From positions 1-64,000 of the IMG/VR virus record IMGVR_UViG_3300036790_000034: a DNA stretch of 64,000 nt. One strand, written 5' to 3'. The position numbers were made by a program, and so were the translations under genes. Shown here piece by piece: positions 8,068-17,455 of this stretch. The stretch's first letter is position 1; each line of letters opens with the position of its first letter. The stretch comes from a virus. The notes under the pieces are model-generated. The model was not told the DNA's origin and searched no databases. It saw nothing but the letters and a program-made list of their open reading frames with translations.

Positions 8068-8221
8068 GTTTTCTTTCAGAAAAACTTCTTGTGAAAGGGT
8101 CTGTCACAGTGGCCGGGGCGTGCTGTTCTAGTTCAGGCCACTTTCGTCCCGGCTAAACCCACAGCCAATGCTAGGGTTCAAGCCTTCATCTTTGCTCATG
8201 TGTCCTCCAGTGCGTAGTCCC

Positions 8222-8250
8222 AAGGTATCCCAACCCTCGCCCGCTGTCAA
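8222..8250 (-). promoter_or_regulatory. sigma70-like promoter
   Basis: TTGACA-17 nt-TACCTT, then GGAGG and a 23-codon ORF (MSKDEGLNPS...). Confidence 0.55.
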
Positions 8251-8251
8251 G

Positions 8252-10351
8252 CTACTTTCGATAGTACGCACAATCGTATCCTTCAGCCGCGAGAACGAAG
8301 CCCATGCCCTCTGCCCAATCAGGCGTTCGTGTCATCGCGTGCTCCATGTCCTTGTAAGTTAGCTTCGATGTCAGAGGCGATTCCCCGACAACTTCATCGT
8401 GAATCGTCATGATGATGATGAAGCCAATCTTCTCAGCCTCTAACATTCCGTTCAGCAGAATGTCGCGGGCCACAGCTTGAACAACATTCTCACAGATGAG
8501 ACCGCCGTAGAGCCTGTTCTCTTGCAGACCTTTCGCGTCCCATTTGTCAAACAGAACGTTCTCTTGCATCGCACCCCAACTGGTCTCGCTCATCTCGACG
8601 CGAGGATTGAGGTAGTGAAGTGCTCTGCCACTCGGCAACTTAATCTTGAGCATCTTCGGATTGCGACCATCGACCACGACGCCGCTGACGTAAATCGCTA
8701 CGCCGCCCTTCGTCGCTTTGATGACCGCAGCGTTCAATGCTTTCCAGTACGCCGGAATCTCACTGTACTTTTCACGGAATGCAGTGACGTAAGTCTTCGC
8801 TGTTTTCTCATCGAGTGTGACGCCGAACGTCGCAGCGTATTCGATGAACTTCTCCCAGCCCATTCCGAATCCGCAGCCGAGGATGATGACCTTGCCGTTC
8901 GCACGCTCTGCCGACGTGATTGTGTCGTAGGGTTTGTTCAACAGGAAGGACATGATGTCCTTATACAAGTCGAGACCCTTCGCGTACGCGTTAATCATCG
9001 TCTGGCAACCTGCAAGAGCCGCCAGCACACGAGATTCGATTTGAGCCAAGTCACTGACGCTGAGTTTATTTCCCGGCGTAGCAGAGAACGAGGCTCGGAT
9101 TGTTCCTGCGACCGCAGCCATCAGAGTCATTGACTTGATTGGCTTGCGTTCTTTCTTTGGGTCTGTGTTCGTCGCGTTGAACGCCAAACATTCCGTGTTG
9201 TACTCTGTCACCAACCCCGCGACATCGAGCGTGTTGTTTCGGATTGCGTTGACAATTCGCTCACGCAGAGTGCCGACATCTTTGCTCGGCTTGAAAAGGT
9301 TCTGAAGCTGAACTCCTCGTCCGCTCCATCGTCCAGTATGAGCACCGTGGTAGACGAACTGGTCACGCAGCCGACCATCCGCTCCGATGCGGTCCTCAAT
9401 CGTTTGAAGTTTCGTGTAAGCCGACCCGCCGAGTTTTTCTTTCAACTGGAGAACCTGATATGCGACAGGGTCCATCTTCCAGTGAATGAGTCCGACTTTC
9501 AATGCCTCCGCGATGTGAGCCTTGTCGAGCGAGTCGAACTTGTAGCCCTTCGATTGCAGCCACTCGTCTAGCTTACTTAGGCTCTTACCAGACTTCGTGT
9601 ACGCGAGGCCCGTCAACGTCTGCATCGTGACGTTGATTTCTTTAATCTCACCGAGAGCGTATGCCTTCGCATTCTGGACAAAGATTTTATCAATCCACAC
9701 GCCCTGCTCGTTCATCCTCTGGTCGAGAAGCCATGCTTGCGTCTCGCCTTCAGTGATGGGACAGTTCATTGCGACAGCGGCGTACCACACACCCCGCTCC
9801 GCACGAACGTCCTGTAAGCAATATTCTTTGAACGTCTCCCACGCGTCCGGGTCTGAATTCCAATCGCGGTAATAAAATTCCGCAGCACCCGGATTTTTCT
9901 TGAGAAACGTTTTGTTCCGCTTCGACGGCTCGGAGAAAATTTTCGTCGGCTTCTTCTTGCCGAGGATGACCGTCTTCTGCAACTCGATGTTGATGTTCAG
10001 TGCATCGGCTGCACGGTCCAGACCGATTGGCAGCGACATATAAGCACACAGCACACTCGGGTCGAACCACTCTTGCTGCGGGATGGCGTATCCGAGTCGG
10101 TACTGGAAAATATCCTTCTCGAAGTTGTAGTTCCAAGCCATCTTCATGACCGTGGGGTCAATGAGTCCAGCGTGGAGTTCCATCGGCATCGGCTCTCCGA
10201 GGATGGGAAGCCACAGCTTGGGTTCGTCATCATCGAACGCCCACGCCAGCATCAGGACTTCAGTCGTGTCGTCCTTCGAGTACCTGTCGAGACCAAAATC
10301 GGGAAGGTCGATGAACGACCGCGTTTCAAAATCAAGCCACAGCTTTCTCAT
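8252..10351 (-). CDS. DNA polymerase family A with 3'-5' exonuclease domain
   Basis: ExoI LDFET; HTGRWSG; motif A DLAQIESRV; motif B RANGKVIILGCGFG; motif C TIHDEV. Confidence 0.95.
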   Translation of the reverse strand: MRKLWLDFETRSFIDLPDFGLDRYSKDDTTEVLMLAWAFDDDEPKLWLPILGEPMPMELHAGLIDPTVMKMAWNYNFEKDIFQYRLGYAIPQQEWFDPSVLCAYMSLPIGLDRAADALNINIELQKTVILGKKKPTKIFSEPSKRNKTFLKKNPGAAEFYYRDWNSDPDAWETFKEYCLQDVRAERGVWYAAVAMNCPITEGETQAWLLDQRMNEQGVWIDKIFVQNAKAYALGEIKEINVTMQTLTGLAYTKSGKSLSKLDEWLQSKGYKFDSLDKAHIAEALKVGLIHWKMDPVAYQVLQLKEKLGGSAYTKLQTIEDRIGADGRLRDQFVYHGAHTGRWSGRGVQLQNLFKPSKDVGTLRERIVNAIRNNTLDVAGLVTEYNTECLAFNATNTDPKKERKPIKSMTLMAAVAGTIRASFSATPGNKLSVSDLAQIESRVLAALAGCQTMINAYAKGLDLYKDIMSFLLNKPYDTITSAERANGKVIILGCGFGMGWEKFIEYAATFGVTLDEKTAKTYVTAFREKYSEIPAYWKALNAAVIKATKGGVAIYVSGVVVDGRNPKMLKIKLPSGRALHYLNPRVEMSETSWGAMQENVLFDKWDAKGLQENRLYGGLICENVVQAVARDILLNGMLEAEKIGFIIIMTIHDEVVGESPLTSKLTYKDMEHAMTRTPDWAEGMGFVLAAEGYDCAYYRK

Positions 10352-10605
10352 TTCAACTCCCCACTCTTCAACATCTCAAGACGAACTCGGTCTCGCTTTT
10401 CTTTGCTCGACACGAGCCGACGCCGTTTTGTTCCCGGCTTCAACTTCGGCCAGCCGAACGCGTCGAGCAGCTTCAGAATCTCCGGCGTGACTGATTGTCT
10501 GATTTCCTCGCGGGCATCCACCATCTCTTGACGGGCCTCCCCGGACCTCTCAGCCTCTCGCATACTGTCTCTGAGCCATTCTGGTATCATGTCGTTCCCT
10601 TTCAA
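10348..10605 (-). CDS. hypothetical protein
   Basis: Stop overlaps the polymerase start; the real start is probably MIPEW. Confidence 0.55.
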   Translation of the reverse strand: MKGNDMIPEWLRDSMREAERSGEARQEMVDAREEIRQSVTPEILKLLDAFGWPKLKPGTKRRRLVSSKEKRDRVRLEMLKSGELK

Positions 10606-10769
10606 TCACTTACCTCTGCGGCGTGGCGTGTTCACGATTCGTTTTGTTGATAACACAAGAGTTTAGAGCCTGATAAGCCTAATGCGTGGGATTGGTGGGC
10701 TGGCACCCCCCTTGTAAGTATAAGAAAAATAATGTCCTCGTCATAAGGGGGTGCCCCAGCCAACGGAAA

Positions 10770-12872
10770 CTACGCATTAGGATTTCCGAAAATCCACTTC
10801 TGCTTCGTCTTGTTCCACATCGCGTCATCGAACCCGAATTTTTCCTTACCCCGGTCGCTAGTGATTTTTAGGACCACCAACTTGTCGGCCTTCAGAAGAT
10901 TCGTCCACGCTCTGTTCCATGCCTCGTATCCGCCGTCGGCACTCGCCGCATTGGAAAATTTCTGAATGCCGGACTTGGTCATCGGGCCATGTTTCATGAG
11001 AGCGGTGACAATTCGCTTCTCAAACTTTTCGACAGCCCCGCCTTGGTCTACAGGCCACAGTTCCTCTCGCAACATCAGTTGGTGTTTCGCCCACGCCCAC
11101 GATTTTTCGACGAGCGTCTTGGTGATGCGACGTTCGGGAGTCATTACGACACGGATGAGTAAGTCACGCTTGAAGTGGGCCTCGATACGCGAGGCGTACG
11201 ATGAGTCGGGATGGTCCTTCTGAATTCGAGTCTTCTCTTCAACAAGCCATTTCTGGAATTGAGTACGAGCAGCCTTTGCGTCTTCGTCTTCCTCTGGCAC
11301 CCACGCGAAGTCTTTCAGGTCCGCTTTCTTGTTGATGACCCAATTGATGCTCTCTGCGATTCCTGTGATTGCGGTATTGACTTTCTGCGTGTCCATCGGT
11401 TCCCAATCACCCTGATAGATAAGTCCGTCAGAATAATCGAGCACCATACGTGACAAGAAGCCGTCTCCACCAGCACCTTTGCCAGCAACGCAACGGTCGA
11501 AGCCTGCACGCGTGAAGTTCCCCGCCATCGACAGTGATACGTTGGAAAAAGACGACGCATTGTGTGTCAAACTGCCAACGGCTGATGCCTTCTGCTCATA
11601 AAGTTCAAGCAGCTTCGGAAAGAGAGTTGAGCCGGAGCCGTTCCCTTTCTCGAAGAGAGTCTTCATCTCATCGAAGTAGAGAATATGCGACTTACCATCG
11701 TTCTCCGCGAGAACTTTGATGGCGTGTTCACCGCTGGAGAAAAATCCGGCGGGAGGAAACTTGACATCGTGCTTCTTCAACGTCTCCGCAAGTAGAACGA
11801 CGCAACGTTCCCAGCAGACGGACTTGCCGGACTCAGGCCGTGAAGACACTACGCCCGTCCAGTGCCGCATGTGGAGCGTTTCTTCGCCGGGGAACGCGAC
11901 ACTGCCATCGAGCATTGCAGCGACGATGGTTTTGATGTCTGCACGAGCGAATGACGGCGGGATGAATGTCCCACTCGTGATTGCAAGTGCGAGGTCACCG
12001 ACATAATCACCCTCAATCGTTGCGAGAGGGATGTTTGGGATGCCGTTCTCGGCTTCTGGGTCAGGACTTCCGATGGTGACAATGCCGGACTGTTCGACAG
12101 AGTCGCACGCATCGCTCGAAGCCCACTCAGCAAGTGCTTGAATTTTATCGTCAGGATAGTTCGCACCGTTCTCGCAATTCAAATCGCAAAAATTCTTGAG
12201 TGCGGAGTAGATGCCTTCGTATCCGAGTCCGAGATTTTTGAGCACGCCCGCTTTTTGTTGAAGATGTGCCCAACGATTTCCTTCGGGGATAAGATTGCCG
12301 GACCCCGGCTTGAAGTCGGCCATCGACTTCTTTTTGTCCATCGCCATTTTGACGAATTTCTCAGGCAATGGTACGATGTTTACATCACAAACGATGTTAT
12401 ATTTGTTTCCATCTGGGTGAATCGAACCGGGGCCGACAACGTAAGCACCGTTGCCACGCAGTTCTCCCACGACGCCGTCCATGTCGTACGGTGTGGTCGG
12501 CACGGCACCGCTGTAAAATAAATGTGCCCCAAAACCCGTCCGACCCGATTGGACGATGAGTGTTTCCGGCAATCCTTGAATGTCCATCCATGAACGTAGT
12601 GCCTGATAATTTGGTATGCCTTTGTCAACGTCGATGATGGTGATATTTGAAGGTCCGCCCGCGATTCCATAATTTGCTTCATGACCATCGTCCCACGCAG
12701 CAAAGGCGACGTTCGGGTCGCGAGTGGCTGAGTTGATTGCATGAGGGGAGTATTTAGCCCACGGTGCTTTTTCGTGTGGCTCACATGTCAAAATAGCAAA
12801 GCCCCGGTTCACCGCGTTTTGTGCAGCGGCTCTTAGTTCGGATACAATCTTCGGGTCACTCACAATCGGCAT
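10770..12872 (-). CDS. bifunctional primase-polymerase (Prim-Pol) fused to a P-loop helicase-like domain
   Basis: NYGIAGG, IIDVDKG and SGRTGFGAHLFY Prim-Pol motifs; SRPESGKS Walker A-like; LYFDEM Walker B-like. Confidence 0.85.
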   Translation of the reverse strand: MPIVSDPKIVSELRAAAQNAVNRGFAILTCEPHEKAPWAKYSPHAINSATRDPNVAFAAWDDGHEANYGIAGGPSNITIIDVDKGIPNYQALRSWMDIQGLPETLIVQSGRTGFGAHLFYSGAVPTTPYDMDGVVGELRGNGAYVVGPGSIHPDGNKYNIVCDVNIVPLPEKFVKMAMDKKKSMADFKPGSGNLIPEGNRWAHLQQKAGVLKNLGLGYEGIYSALKNFCDLNCENGANYPDDKIQALAEWASSDACDSVEQSGIVTIGSPDPEAENGIPNIPLATIEGDYVGDLALAITSGTFIPPSFARADIKTIVAAMLDGSVAFPGEETLHMRHWTGVVSSRPESGKSVCWERCVVLLAETLKKHDVKFPPAGFFSSGEHAIKVLAENDGKSHILYFDEMKTLFEKGNGSGSTLFPKLLELYEQKASAVGSLTHNASSFSNVSLSMAGNFTRAGFDRCVAGKGAGGDGFLSRMVLDYSDGLIYQGDWEPMDTQKVNTAITGIAESINWVINKKADLKDFAWVPEEDEDAKAARTQFQKWLVEEKTRIQKDHPDSSYASRIEAHFKRDLLIRVVMTPERRITKTLVEKSWAWAKHQLMLREELWPVDQGGAVEKFEKRIVTALMKHGPMTKSGIQKFSNAASADGGYEAWNRAWTNLLKADKLVVLKITSDRGKEKFGFDDAMWNKTKQKWIFGNPNA

Positions 12873-13279
12873 GGTCGGTCTCCACATTCACTCACGGCGG
12901 GAAACAGAGTTACAATCTGTTTCATGTCCTCATAGGAAAACCATCTCCCTTTTATGAGGTTGTGCTTATAACAGCACGGCAAACAATTTTCAACTGAATA
13001 TCCAAGAGAGTTGTCACGGCGGTCTAGGCCGACACGAGTTCCATTCCCATACGCACATGGGTGCGAAACTATCTCGGTGAACTGGTCAAGAGTTAAATCG
13101 AATGGAATGTTTCGGTATCCCGCGAAAGTCCTAGCAGAGAACCATTTGTCTTTTGGGCGATGATTTCGTTTTCGTAGACATGCGAGGCATAGTGGGCCTC
13201 GTCGGTGAAGTTGTCCGGGGCTGAACTCTCCAACAGGGAGTTTTGAGCGGTGTCCGCAACAATACTTGAGTTCCGACAT
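12860..13279 (-). CDS. HNH-type homing endonuclease
   Basis: VGLDRRDNSLGYSVENCLPCCYKHNLIK; same family as 1922-2440; overlaps the primase start. Confidence 0.8.
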   Translation of the reverse strand: MSELKYCCGHRSKLPVGEFSPGQLHRRGPLCLACLRKRNHRPKDKWFSARTFAGYRNIPFDLTLDQFTEIVSHPCAYGNGTRVGLDRRDNSLGYSVENCLPCCYKHNLIKGRWFSYEDMKQIVTLFPAVSECGDRPCRL

Positions 13280-13295
13280 TTATTTCCTTTCCGAA

Positions 13296-13330
13296 CAAAA
13301 AGCACAGCCGGAATCTGGCGACTCCGGCTG
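13296..13330 (-). terminator. intrinsic terminator
   Basis: ACAGCCGGAG...TTCCGGCTGT hairpin followed by GCTTTTTG. Confidence 0.6.
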
Positions 13331-13362
13331 TGGATTCTACGTCCTAGAACGTAGAAGGTGAG

Positions 13363-13761
13363 TTAGAAATTCTCGGCGGGGGCTGAAGCCTTCTTGAGAG
13401 GCAGCACGCTGGCGATGTTGGCGTATGTTTTGCCGTCGCTCTCTTTGTGCTGAATCACGACTTGGCACTTGATGCCGACGATGTCGTTGAGGTCGAATTC
13501 TCCACCGACCTGAACCTTCAGCGTGTTGAGCAGCTTGCCCAACGCGGACTTGGAGTGGAGCGACTTGGTGACGCTCATACGACAATCGACTGCTTTGCCT
13601 TCCTTGTCCTTCTGGTCCGACGCGGTGAAATAAATCGCCGCACGGTCCTTCGTTCCGAATTGCGTTTCCTGCAATCCGAGGTCTTCGATGCGAGTGATGG
13701 TGACGTTGTGAAGCCCTTCCGTCAACTGCTCGAAAACCTTGTCCTTGATTACCAAACTCAT
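13363..13761 (-). CDS. single-stranded DNA-binding-like phage replication protein
   Basis: DLGLQETQF, SLHSKSALGKLL, YANIASV; C-terminal ...AENF tail; first gene of the replication operon. Confidence 0.65.
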   Translation of the reverse strand: MSLVIKDKVFEQLTEGLHNVTITRIEDLGLQETQFGTKDRAAIYFTASDQKDKEGKAVDCRMSVTKSLHSKSALGKLLNTLKVQVGGEFDLNDIVGIKCQVVIQHKESDGKTYANIASVLPLKKASAPAENF

Positions 13762-13833
13762 CTGTCCTGCTTTCTGGCCTCAATAGGCATACTGGTCGTA
13801 CAGGCGGACCCGTGCTCTGGTTCCGCTCTTTCG

Positions 13834-13894
13834 AGTCTATCAAACCCATTACTCTTTGTCAAGTGTTGCTTTCTGATTTGTGATGTGGTATGCT
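13834..13894. promoter_or_regulatory. divergent sigma70-like promoter pair at the main strand switch
   Basis: Minus strand: TTGACA(13862-13857)-17-TAGACT; plus strand: TTGCTT(13866)-17-TATGCT; both have TG extensions. Confidence 0.7.
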
Positions 13895-13920
13895 TTGAGA
13901 GAACGAGAAAGAGGCGGTCT

Positions 13921-14151
13921 ATGCAAACTGCATCCCAGAAAGCGTGGCGTACGAAGGGTTTCGATGGCGATGGATGCCGTGTAGGATTCCACCATCCTAA
14001 CAGATGTCATTGCTATGGGTGTACCCGCGTAGCGACCCGTTTCGTGGGGTCGAAAAAGCGGGGGTGGATTCGCTTTTGTTCTCTTCAAGAGCACAAGAAT
14101 GCGGCCTTTGCGTATAATGAGTATCTTCGCTTACACCCAAACGCGAGGTAG
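13921..14151 (+). CDS. small Cys/His-containing hypothetical protein (MQTASQKAW...)
   Basis: GAGG RBS directly after the rightward promoter; C-terminal part of ORF 13447-14151. Confidence 0.45.
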   Translation: MQTASQKAWRTKGFDGDGCRVGFHHPNRCHCYGCTRVATRFVGSKKRGWIRFCSLQEHKNAAFAYNEYLRLHPNAR

Positions 14152-14166
14152 AAAGAGAGGTAAAGC

Positions 14167-14853
14167 ATGAATTATCTACAGAGCCTTCGGCAACAATGGG
14201 GCAACGAGCTATATGAATACGTCAAGCGGACGATGGCTCGGCCCGTAGTCGAACCCCTAAGATACCAGGCCCCGTCGCCACCAACAGAGCCGCTATCTAA
14301 AAAAGTTTACATGCCACCTAGTGTAGAGAACATAGAAATGAATCGGTCCTACGTGGCCTCGACATTCGGATGTCCCGGCCTAGCTAGAGCATTCCCTGAA
14401 TCACAGGGTGTTAGTTATGGTTGGACTCCCGGCGTTTCTCCCTCCGGGGGTCGGTACGACGCTGCAAATACGCGGGTTCAAGAGTGCAAAATCATGGTGA
14501 CTTACTTTATTTTGTGTGGTGAGACGGGTTTTGTTAAAATCGGAAAATCGAACAGGGTGGGGAAACGATTAGCCTCTCTACAAACCGCCAACCCCCACAA
14601 ATTGGACCTCATCCTCTGTTTGCCGGATGTGTGTGGCTTTACTGAGGAACACCTTCATCAAAGATTTGCAAAACACCGCACGCAGGGAGAGTGGTTCAGC
14701 TACGTTGATGACCTTGTTGATTTCGTTGAAGAAAAAGTATCCCTGCAAGCGGCTGCGATGGATATGACGCTTCGGCCTACAAGAGCCGATATGCAGGCGT
14801 TGAGCAATTGGTATGGTGAGGGGGCGGATAGTGAAGGCGTCGAAAATAAATGA
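14167..14853 (+). CDS. GIY-YIG-like (T5orf172/MUG113-type) nuclease domain protein
   Basis: TYFILCGETGFVKIGKS..RLASLQTANP...EEHLHQRF...GEWF. Confidence 0.85.
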   Translation: MNYLQSLRQQWGNELYEYVKRTMARPVVEPLRYQAPSPPTEPLSKKVYMPPSVENIEMNRSYVASTFGCPGLARAFPESQGVSYGWTPGVSPSGGRYDAANTRVQECKIMVTYFILCGETGFVKIGKSNRVGKRLASLQTANPHKLDLILCLPDVCGFTEEHLHQRFAKHRTQGEWFSYVDDLVDFVEEKVSLQAAAMDMTLRPTRADMQALSNWYGEGADSEGVENK

Positions 14854-15098
14854 ACTAAAAAGATGGAAAAAAGCGGCTGAGGATGCTGCCAAGTTGCAGA
14901 AGAAGTGGGAGGATGTGCTGGCCGAAGAAGGGCTTACGATGAACTGTGGTATCAGCAACAAGTTGTCGTACGCGGGCACTATTGCTGAGTTGGTGGTCAT
15001 TGAGAAGTTGAACTAGTACACAATGAGTAACTAGTAAAAAGCCTTCTGTGGGAAAACGCAGCGACAATATATTTTCTGCGTTTTCAATCACTTGGGTG

Positions 15099-15135
15099 TC
15101 TCATATTGAGAAAATGGCTCTTACCCGTTTAGACT
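15099..15135 (+). promoter_or_regulatory. putative promoter of the GT/morphogenesis operon with a palindromic operator over the -35
   Basis: TCTCATATTGAGA palindrome containing TTGAGA, 18 nt spacer, TAGACT. Confidence 0.5.
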
Positions 15136-15160
15136 GTGGAGAGGGACACAAACAAGTTTT

Positions 15161-15349
15161 AAGGCTGACCGTAGCCACACACAGCAAGGATTCGGGTCCA
15201 TAGCGACCTAAACTCAACCTGTTAGCCTGCGATGAAAGACGGTCAAATTTCTACGACAAACGCCGGAGACCTCCTCCTCGGTGCCCTCAGTGGCATCGAC
15301 TCCGGTGAGATTGAGGCCGACTCTCCTGCCAAGGATTGAGTCAGCCTTC
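15161..15349 (+). ncRNA. structured leader or ncRNA candidate (about 190 nt)
   Basis: Closing helix AAGGCTGAC/GTCAGCCTT; alternative TGACCGT/ACGGTCA; internal CCGGAG/CTCCGG; no credible ORF. Confidence 0.4.
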
Positions 15350-15368
15350 GTTGTTTCTAGGAGGAAAC

Positions 15369-15722
15369 ATGTCTACAGTACGAGACTCACAAGGCAACAT
15401 CTTGAATGCTCCCGGCCCCGGCTGCGGACGTTACACCGACGCGAACTCGACAGAGATTGATTGGTTCGCCACTCACCCGCGTCCGGTCGAAGTCACTCTC
15501 GCCGCGACGGTTGAATTCCACGCGACGAAAAGTCCCGCGACACTTCCACCGAACTCCGGCGACACACTGAAGGTTGTCGAAATGGAATCCGATGACAAGC
15601 TGAAAGTTGTCGAAGTGGAATTGCCGAAGACGGCTGAGATTGAGCCGACGGCTCCGGTCGCTGAAGCACTATCCGCTGGCGTCACGACCTCCGTTCTTCC
15701 ACAGACCGCTGTCATAGCGTGA
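15369..15722 (+). CDS. hypothetical protein (MSTVRDSQGN...)
   Basis: AGGAGG RBS; stop overlaps the GT start. Confidence 0.65.
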   Translation: MSTVRDSQGNILNAPGPGCGRYTDANSTEIDWFATHPRPVEVTLAATVEFHATKSPATLPPNSGDTLKVVEMESDDKLKVVEVELPKTAEIEPTAPVAEALSAGVTTSVLPQTAVIA

Positions 15723-16420
15723 AACTTTTAATCGCGGTGATGACGTGCCACAAGCTGGATTACTTCATCGACGCGGATACGAAGGACTGGCTCGACGGCA
15801 AACGCTGCATGAGTCAATCACGACGCGTGATGACACAGCGTGCGACATGGATTAAGCGACTGCCGCAAGGCGTCGATTACAAATTCTTTTATGGAACGCG
15901 GCTTCGTCCTTCTCTCGATACACGCCGCGACACCATCCAACCCACCATTGACCGAGACCCGCTGTCCGATGAAATCTTCCTGACATGCGGAGACAACTAC
16001 ACAGCTAACCCCGAAAAAATGAAAGCGATTTGCCGCTACGCTCTCGCACGCGGATACGACTATTTGTTGCGTCTGGATGATGACACCTTCATCTTTCCTG
16101 AACGCCTTCTTTGCGAAGACTGGCAGCACGACTACGCCGGAGCGAACAAAGGTTCGTTTCATCCCGGTGGATGTCTCTTTCTGTCCCGGCGTGCGATGGA
16201 GTTGGTTGTTGCGTCCCGGCCCACATCTTATGCAGACGACCTTTGGATTGGACAGGTCATGGCGGACAATCGAATCCCGATGCACGGCATCGCTGCGATT
16301 CACAACGAGTTCGGAAACGGATACAATGTCATTCCTGAATCCCTCCCGATACACCGCCTCGCTTCCTTTCATTCGTGTCAGCCTGCGGTCATGGAATATC
16401 TCGATAAACATGCGGACTAA
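15719..16420 (+). CDS. glycosyltransferase, GT31/galactosyltransferase-like
   Basis: LLIAVMTC, YLLRLDDDTFI (DxD), GGCLFLSRRAM, DDLWIG. Confidence 0.85.
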   Translation: MKLLIAVMTCHKLDYFIDADTKDWLDGKRCMSQSRRVMTQRATWIKRLPQGVDYKFFYGTRLRPSLDTRRDTIQPTIDRDPLSDEIFLTCGDNYTANPEKMKAICRYALARGYDYLLRLDDDTFIFPERLLCEDWQHDYAGANKGSFHPGGCLFLSRRAMELVVASRPTSYADDLWIGQVMADNRIPMHGIAAIHNEFGNGYNVIPESLPIHRLASFHSCQPAVMEYLDKHAD

Positions 16421-16453
16421 TTACCCGCGTGGGGCGGTGCTAACTCACCGCCC
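16410..16453 (+). ncRNA. orphan copy of the TAATTAC double-hairpin element
   Basis: ATGCGG-ACTAATTAC-CCGCGT then GGGCGGTG-CTAACT-CACCGCCC; no downstream loop complement. Confidence 0.6.
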
Positions 16454-16491
16454 ATCTTGAAAGCCATGATTGATTACCTTGGGAGGCATTC

Positions 16492-17454
16492 ATGAGTTTG
16501 GACGCGACGAACGATGTCATTGTAGGCACAGCCAAAGGATACGGCTGGAAAGACCTAGAAAATTACGCAGTCAGTCTCGCAGCGTCCGGCTTTCGAGGCC
16601 GCAAGGTGATGTTCATCAACACGCTGACGCAAGCCGCGAAAGACACGCTGACCAAGCTGGGCTTTGAACTGGTCGAGTACACTTCGACGGCGGGTAACAC
16701 CGTTTACGAACGGTTCAGAGTTCTCCGTGACTGGCTGAACAAGGAAATCTTCAACATCCGCTACATCATTCATTGCGACGTTCGTGATGTTGTTATCCAG
16801 ACCGACCCGTCGGCGTGGATGGAGAAACAGACCACGAGATTGTTCGGGGCGAGTGAGTTCATTCTCTACCGCAACGAAATGTGCAACCCTGAGTGGGTCA
16901 AGAAACTTTACGGCGACCAGACGCTTGCATCTCTCGCCAATGAAGAAGTCATCTGTGCAGGCACCATCGCGGGAGAGGCGAAAGCAGTCCTCCAACTTGT
17001 CACTGAGATTTACGGCAGTTGCACAGACCGCTTTGGCGATGACCAAGCCGCGTTGAACGTTCTACTCCGCAACGAGTTCAAGAATGAGATGCGGATTCCG
17101 ACATGGGACGAAGGTTTCATCCTGACCGCAGGCTGGTGGTTGATTGGCCGCGTCAATGGAAATCCCGACCAACTCATCGGACAGAAGTCGCACCTTGGGA
17201 TGAACCCGCCGCAATTGAAAGATGGTGTGGCGTATCCTTACGGAAGCGACAAGCCCTACTGCATCGTCCACCAGTACGAACGCGGTAATGAATGGGCACC
17301 ACTGATTTCCAAGCACTATCACGCGATGGCTCCAGCGGTCGCAGACGACACTGCTCAAACAACGGCTGCTGTCCGGCGACGGAGAGCGGGTCCGCTGAAG
17401 TACGCGAAAGACGGATTGACGCTCGACTGGTTCGACATGCACGACGTGGGGTAA
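16492..17454 (+). CDS. GT-A fold glycosyltransferase-like protein
   Basis: YIIHCDVRDVVIQTDP, ICAGTIAG, DDQAALN, IVHQYER. Confidence 0.75.
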   Translation: MSLDATNDVIVGTAKGYGWKDLENYAVSLAASGFRGRKVMFINTLTQAAKDTLTKLGFELVEYTSTAGNTVYERFRVLRDWLNKEIFNIRYIIHCDVRDVVIQTDPSAWMEKQTTRLFGASEFILYRNEMCNPEWVKKLYGDQTLASLANEEVICAGTIAGEAKAVLQLVTEIYGSCTDRFGDDQAALNVLLRNEFKNEMRIPTWDEGFILTAGWWLIGRVNGNPDQLIGQKSHLGMNPPQLKDGVAYPYGSDKPYCIVHQYERGNEWAPLISKHYHAMAPAVADDTAQTTAAVRRRRAGPLKYAKDGLTLDWFDMHDVG

Positions 17455-17455
17455 C

